Origin: a virus
Lineage: Duplodnaviria; Caudoviricetes
Length of the DNA: 61,044 bases
Strand: one strand, 5' to 3'
Virus record (IMG/VR): IMGVR_UViG_3300042569_003025
Location: 1-61,044 of that record
Shown here: positions 59,567-61,044 of the stretch, one piece after another
Numbering within the stretch: the stretch's first letter is position 1
Layout: each line of letters opens with the position of its first letter
The notes under the pieces: generated by a model
What the model saw: the letters and a program-made list of their open reading frames with translations, nothing else
What the model was told of the DNA's origin: nothing
The model's database searches: none
Translations under genes and position numbers: made by a program

Positions 59567-60013
59567 TTATTGAAGATTGCCAATGACTTTATCCAGATTC
59601 TTAAAAAAATTGCGATTAGCAATTTCACGATTTTTTGGTTGAAGAAAAATCTCTTTGATTCCTCCCATAAAAGTCGGACCACGCTTGATTTTTTCGATGT
59701 TGGAAACAATCCAATTTTTGCCATCAAAATCAAATTGAATTCGGTTCACAATTTTGGAATATCCATAATTATTCGGCAGTTTATTCCCAGAATAGTAAAT
59801 GAAATAAACTCCTTTTCGATCACCTTCGCTATTCAAATGAATAGATTTCAATTTATTTTCAATTGAAATCATTGCAGAATAAAGTTCGTGCATACTAACA
59901 GTATACTTGGTTGCCCTGCCATTATATTTCTTCAAAAATTCCTCCACATTTTTATTTTCTCTGAGAAAATCATTATGAGAAATATACGGGCGAAAAGAAA
60001 TGGGAACATTCAT
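59567..60013 (-). CDS. hypothetical early protein
   Basis: Start at ATG 60013 downstream of a TTGACA promoter; 'NGRATKYT...KLPNNYGYS...W'. Confidence 0.6.
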   Translation of the reverse strand: MNVPISFRPYISHNDFLRENKNVEEFLKKYNGRATKYTVSMHELYSAMISIENKLKSIHLNSEGDRKGVYFIYYSGNKLPNNYGYSKIVNRIQFDFDGKNWIVSNIEKIKRGPTFMGGIKEIFLQPKNREIANRNFFKNLDKVIGNLQ

Positions 60014-60019
60014 GTCAGT

Positions 60020-60097
60020 GACTATTAGAGAGGAAAGAAGGGTTGTCAACAAAAAACCGACGAAAAAACCATTTCTGGTTCGAAGTTTTCGTCGGTT
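60020..60097 (-). terminator. terminator immediately followed by a sigma70-like promoter
   Basis: Stem aaccgacgaaaa / ttttcgtcggtt plus a T-run, then TTGACA (60049-60044). Confidence 0.65.
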
Positions 60098-60221
60098 ATT
60101 CCTAATACTTTTTCCAGAATTTCTTCTGGAGTGTAATTTTGATTTTTCAGCCTTTTAATTTGTTCTTTTTGCTGATCTGTGAGATTCATACAGTTCTCTA
60201 TACAACAGAAAAATAATGCTG

Positions 60222-60404
60222 TCAAGGCGAATTTTGCAAGGCTTTGTTTATTTCTGCAATTTCATTTTGTATATATTTCTTTTTTTCTTTTTGTGCTTTG
60301 CTCATGCTGGATTTTTTATTCAATTCCAGTGATAAAAAATCTTCCACAATTTCTTCTAGCAATTTTTTGTAGTTTTCTAGCAATTTTCGAGTATCTGCAT
60401 TCAT
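60222..60404 (-). CDS. small coiled-coil protein
   Basis: 60-aa charged ORF. Confidence 0.45.
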   Translation of the reverse strand: MNADTRKLLENYKKLLEEIVEDFLSLELNKKSSMSKAQKEKKKYIQNEIAEINKALQNSP

Positions 60405-60584
60405 GTTATTTTATATCTCTTATAAATTCCATTTTAAAACGATGTTCAACTTCTGGTCGAATATCGTTATACACCTTTTTTTGTTCAAGTGTTAGATTAT
60501 TATATTCTAACCTATCGAAACAACTACATGATTGCAAAGAAAAAAATAAAGATATTAATAATAATGATTTGACCATATTATTAT

Positions 60585-60902
60585 TTAATCTTTTTCTAAA
60601 TCAGATAGTTCTTTTTCTAATTCATGTATTCGTTTAATTAATTCTAATCTTTTTACATTTTTACTGATAATATCAACTGATTTAGTGTATAATTCAAAAT
60701 CATCACTGCCTAAACAAACTACACAAAGAGCATTTAATAAATTATTGTCACTAGGTTTTTCTGTTTCTAATTCTTTTACTTGTTCTACATTTATTTTTAA
60801 ATCATTTTCGATAATTTCATTTTCCGATGATAAAACAGAAGCAACTGAAATATCATTTTCAGTTGCTTCTGGTTTTTTTAAAGAATTTCTGGTTATTAAC
60901 AT
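60585..60902 (-). CDS. hypothetical protein
   Basis: 105-aa acidic ORF. Confidence 0.5.
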   Translation of the reverse strand: MLITRNSLKKPEATENDISVASVLSSENEIIENDLKINVEQVKELETEKPSDNNLLNALCVVCLGSDDFELYTKSVDIISKNVKRLELIKRIHELEKELSDLEKD

Positions 60903-61044
60903 ATAATGTATTTAGCAATACATTATTGTTTTATTATTGTCTTTTTCGATGGTTAATAAGAAAAATACTGATTAATCCTGCAAACAATGATCCATCTGGT
61001 TCGGGGACCACTACATAATTACAGTGTTCATAATAATTATCTTT

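Noticed and set aside
1-61044. Stop-codon reassignment (TAG/TGA recoding seen in some large phages)
   Set aside because: Standard-code ORFs tile the window densely, core genes are intact, and TAA, TGA and some TAG all appear as ordinary gene ends.

Overview
This is a 61-kb, very AT-rich fragment of a large T4-related (jumbo-type) tailed phage genome; no tRNA, rRNA, CRISPR array or reverse transcriptase is visible. It has three zones. (1) 1-48.3 kb is a late/virion region with scrambled gene order: two tandem gp15-like tail-completion paralogs, an intein-split MoxR AAA+ ATPase plus HExxH/vWA partner, tail fibre/tailspike genes, portal (gp20-like), neck (gp13-like), baseplate gp6/gp25 and a free-standing homing-type endonuclease. 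About 14 unrelated ORFs here (LRR, GP88-like, ART-like, isochorismatase-like, three tandem paralogs) share an N-terminal 'M..F..F/Y...(L/I)xE' peptide resembling a T4 capsid-targeting, protease-cleaved leader. Almost every late gene has TAAATA exactly 5 nt before its ATG and no Shine-Dalgarno, suggesting gene-by-gene leaderless late transcription. (2) 48.5-52 kb is a compositionally distinct, CTAA/TTAG-rich segment with a DUF932 operon, structured RNA candidates, five 22-bp iteron-like repeats and palindromic non-coding DNA (possible origin, terminus or first-injected segment). (3) 52-61 kb is a minus-strand early region of small ORFs in two paralog families plus a RadA/Sms-like ATPase, driven by sigma70-like promoters, two of which overlap long perfect hairpins. 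All product calls come from motif recognition by eye, not database searches.
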